Source: Eledone cirrhosa (lineage: Eukaryota). From it: a DNA stretch of 64,000 bases. Below the pieces are notes generated by a model. The model searched no databases and was not told where the DNA came from. It was given only the letters and a program-made list of their open reading frames with translations. Position 1 is the stretch's first letter; the number at the start of each line of letters is the position of its first letter. The translations under genes were made by a program, and so were the position numbers. This document shows positions 62,059-64,000 of the stretch, in pieces. Where the stretch lies: assembly GCA_964016885.1 (NCBI GenBank), contig OZ024756.1, forward strand, positions 33,170,001 through 33,234,000, read 5' to 3'.

Positions 62059-62112
62059 ACAGACGAATAGTTGCTGCACACATACATAAACACATATACA
62101 TGCATACACACA

Positions 62113-62299
62113 ATAATTGTTTCTACTTTTGGCACAAGGCCAGCAATTACTTCAGTACATTACTGGTACTTTATTTTATCTACCCCGTAAGGATGAAAGG
62201 CAAAGTTAATCTCGGTGGCATTTGAACTCAGAACGTAAAGAGCCGTAACTCTATGCTGCAAAACAAGGTGTATAACCTTCTATAGATTCTGCCAATTCA
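62113..62299 (-). mobile_element. SINE S1 with 13-bp TSD ATGCATACACACA
   Basis: TSD at 62100-62112 and 62300-62312. Confidence 0.9.
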
Positions 62300-62567
62300 A
62301 TGCATACACACATTAATAAAAACACTAACGGTGATCCGCTTATAGATGGAGCTCCATCTGGTGCCACGGCTTTTAAGTGGGTGTCTCTGGCCATTCTCAG
62401 CTATTAAAAGTTTGCCATATTGACCACAGGGTGGTCTGGGTCACTGCTCACCCACGGGTGTAGTGTTTATCCATCACCCTCACCATTTCCTTCCTTGATT
62501 AATCATTTCTTTTTCTTTTCCTTCTTTTAATTTCATTTTCTTCCCATCCTTTATGTTCTCTTTAATA

Positions 62568-62700
62568 GTTGTTTCTACTTTTGGCACAAGGCACATTACT
62601 GGTACCTTATTTTATCCACCCCGTAAGGATGAAAGGTAAAGTTAACCTCAACGGGATTTGAAGTCAGACCGTAAAGGGACGTAACTATGCCGGAAAGCAT
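62568..62700 (-). mobile_element. SINE S1 5'-truncated copy
   Basis: Matches the S1 core and 3' end. Confidence 0.85.
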
Positions 62701-64000
62701 AATAGTGTGTTTTGTTTTTATTTGATACAGCTTAAATATAGACGTCAGTTTTTGATAATAACGCTTGAAAATAACGGGTCTACTATTCTGATCTAGTAAA
62801 AAGGAATAAATATTCTAAAAGTTTCAAGGCTGATTTATTTTATAAAAGGTCAATCAGTAATTTTAAATCAACATAGCCACAGAACCAATGGCGTAGTAGT
62901 AATGTTTGGTGTTAGTGTGTGAGAGGAAATCTCGTAGGAGAGGAGAAAGAAAATAAATGTAGAGAGAAAGAGAGATCGCCGAACTGTGTATAGAATGAAT
63001 TTCAATGACAATCGCTATAGGTCTGTGGTCTGTGATCTAGCAGTCTTTGTGAGTAGTCGAAGTCAAAGGATAGAAGGTGAATGACTCCAGGAAAGTGAGA
63101 TTGTGAGGAGGGAATTGCGTGAGGCGTGGACGAAACAGAGATTTATTGTTGTTCAGTCAAGGGATATTTATATATTTCCCATCTTTTTCTTTTTTTTTTT
63201 TTTTTTCTAATTCTTTACACTTTTATAGCATCAATTTCTTTTAAATGTTTTTCACCGTCACGCTACGCTGGTTATTCAGTCAGGGTCTACAGACACAAAT
63301 TTAGTACCCCTGACGTGTTGTAGCAGCAAATTGTTGTTGATTAATGGTGTGGTATTATCTGAGAACAGCAGAATTGCTATCACCCCCAAAGAATCCCCGC
63401 CCTTCTGTCGTACTCACTGACCCGCAATGTTTAGCATTGATGAGTGTGTACCATTTGCAGATGACTCACTGCAGCAATAATAACACCGCACAAACTCACA
63501 CACACAAACACATACACACACATGCACACATGAGGTGGGGGTTCTTTAGTGGCGATATAAATTCTGATTTTCTCAGATCCCTTTTATTAAGTCCAGTTAC
63601 TACAACGAACCAATACCAGCTATGTACATTTAGTTAGACCTCAAGATCAACTTGTTCACCTTTTGCTTTATACGTTGGATATAATTTCCTTTCTATTACT
63701 ACACTATATATATATGTGTGTGTGTGAGTGTGTGTGCGTGTGTTTGTGTGTGTTTGTGTGTGTTTGTGTTATCCCAGGTTCAATCGGGGGTAACCACAGT
63801 AAGTAAGGTAATATAGAAATGGCTTCTACAGGACTAGAACTGTTTCATTCGGAGAAATCAATATATATATATATATATATATTGTTATACTTGGGGAGGG
63901 TCATATTTGTGTAATATTGCCAGATTTAATAACAGAACACACTCACTGTTTGGTTGGTTTTCGCTTCTCGCTGTCTTTTATCTAACTTAATCGGTCTTAA

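Overview
AT-rich eukaryotic DNA saturated with (TA)n, (CA)n, (GA)n, (GATA)n, (AAT)n and (GGT)n microsatellites. The SINE families look like those I associate with octopus/coleoid genomes (inference, no database search). Nearly all ORFs in the supplied track are microsatellite noise. Main contents: (1) a phase-compatible chain of 8-9 small candidate exons on the minus strand (about 38.5 kb to 2.7 kb) encoding a protein I do not recognise; (2) many Penelope-like element (PLE) remnants in (TA)n tracts, carrying minimal type I hammerhead ribozyme (HHR) motifs, one with a GIY-YIG C-terminus and an inverted terminal copy, plus palindromes whose centre is the HHR stem II; (3) about 20 copies of a young tRNA-derived SINE, several with TSDs, and older SINE relics; (4) LINE fragments: Tx1/L1 3' ends and an R4/Dong 3' end clustered in one (AAT)n-rich tract, a CR1 3' end, and an orphan APE fragment; (5) a textbook AG|GTAAGT recursive-splice-like site on the plus strand; (6) a 3.47 kb near-identical duplication around a 200-N gap, probably an assembly artefact. 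All structures were read by eye and coordinates may be off by a few bases.
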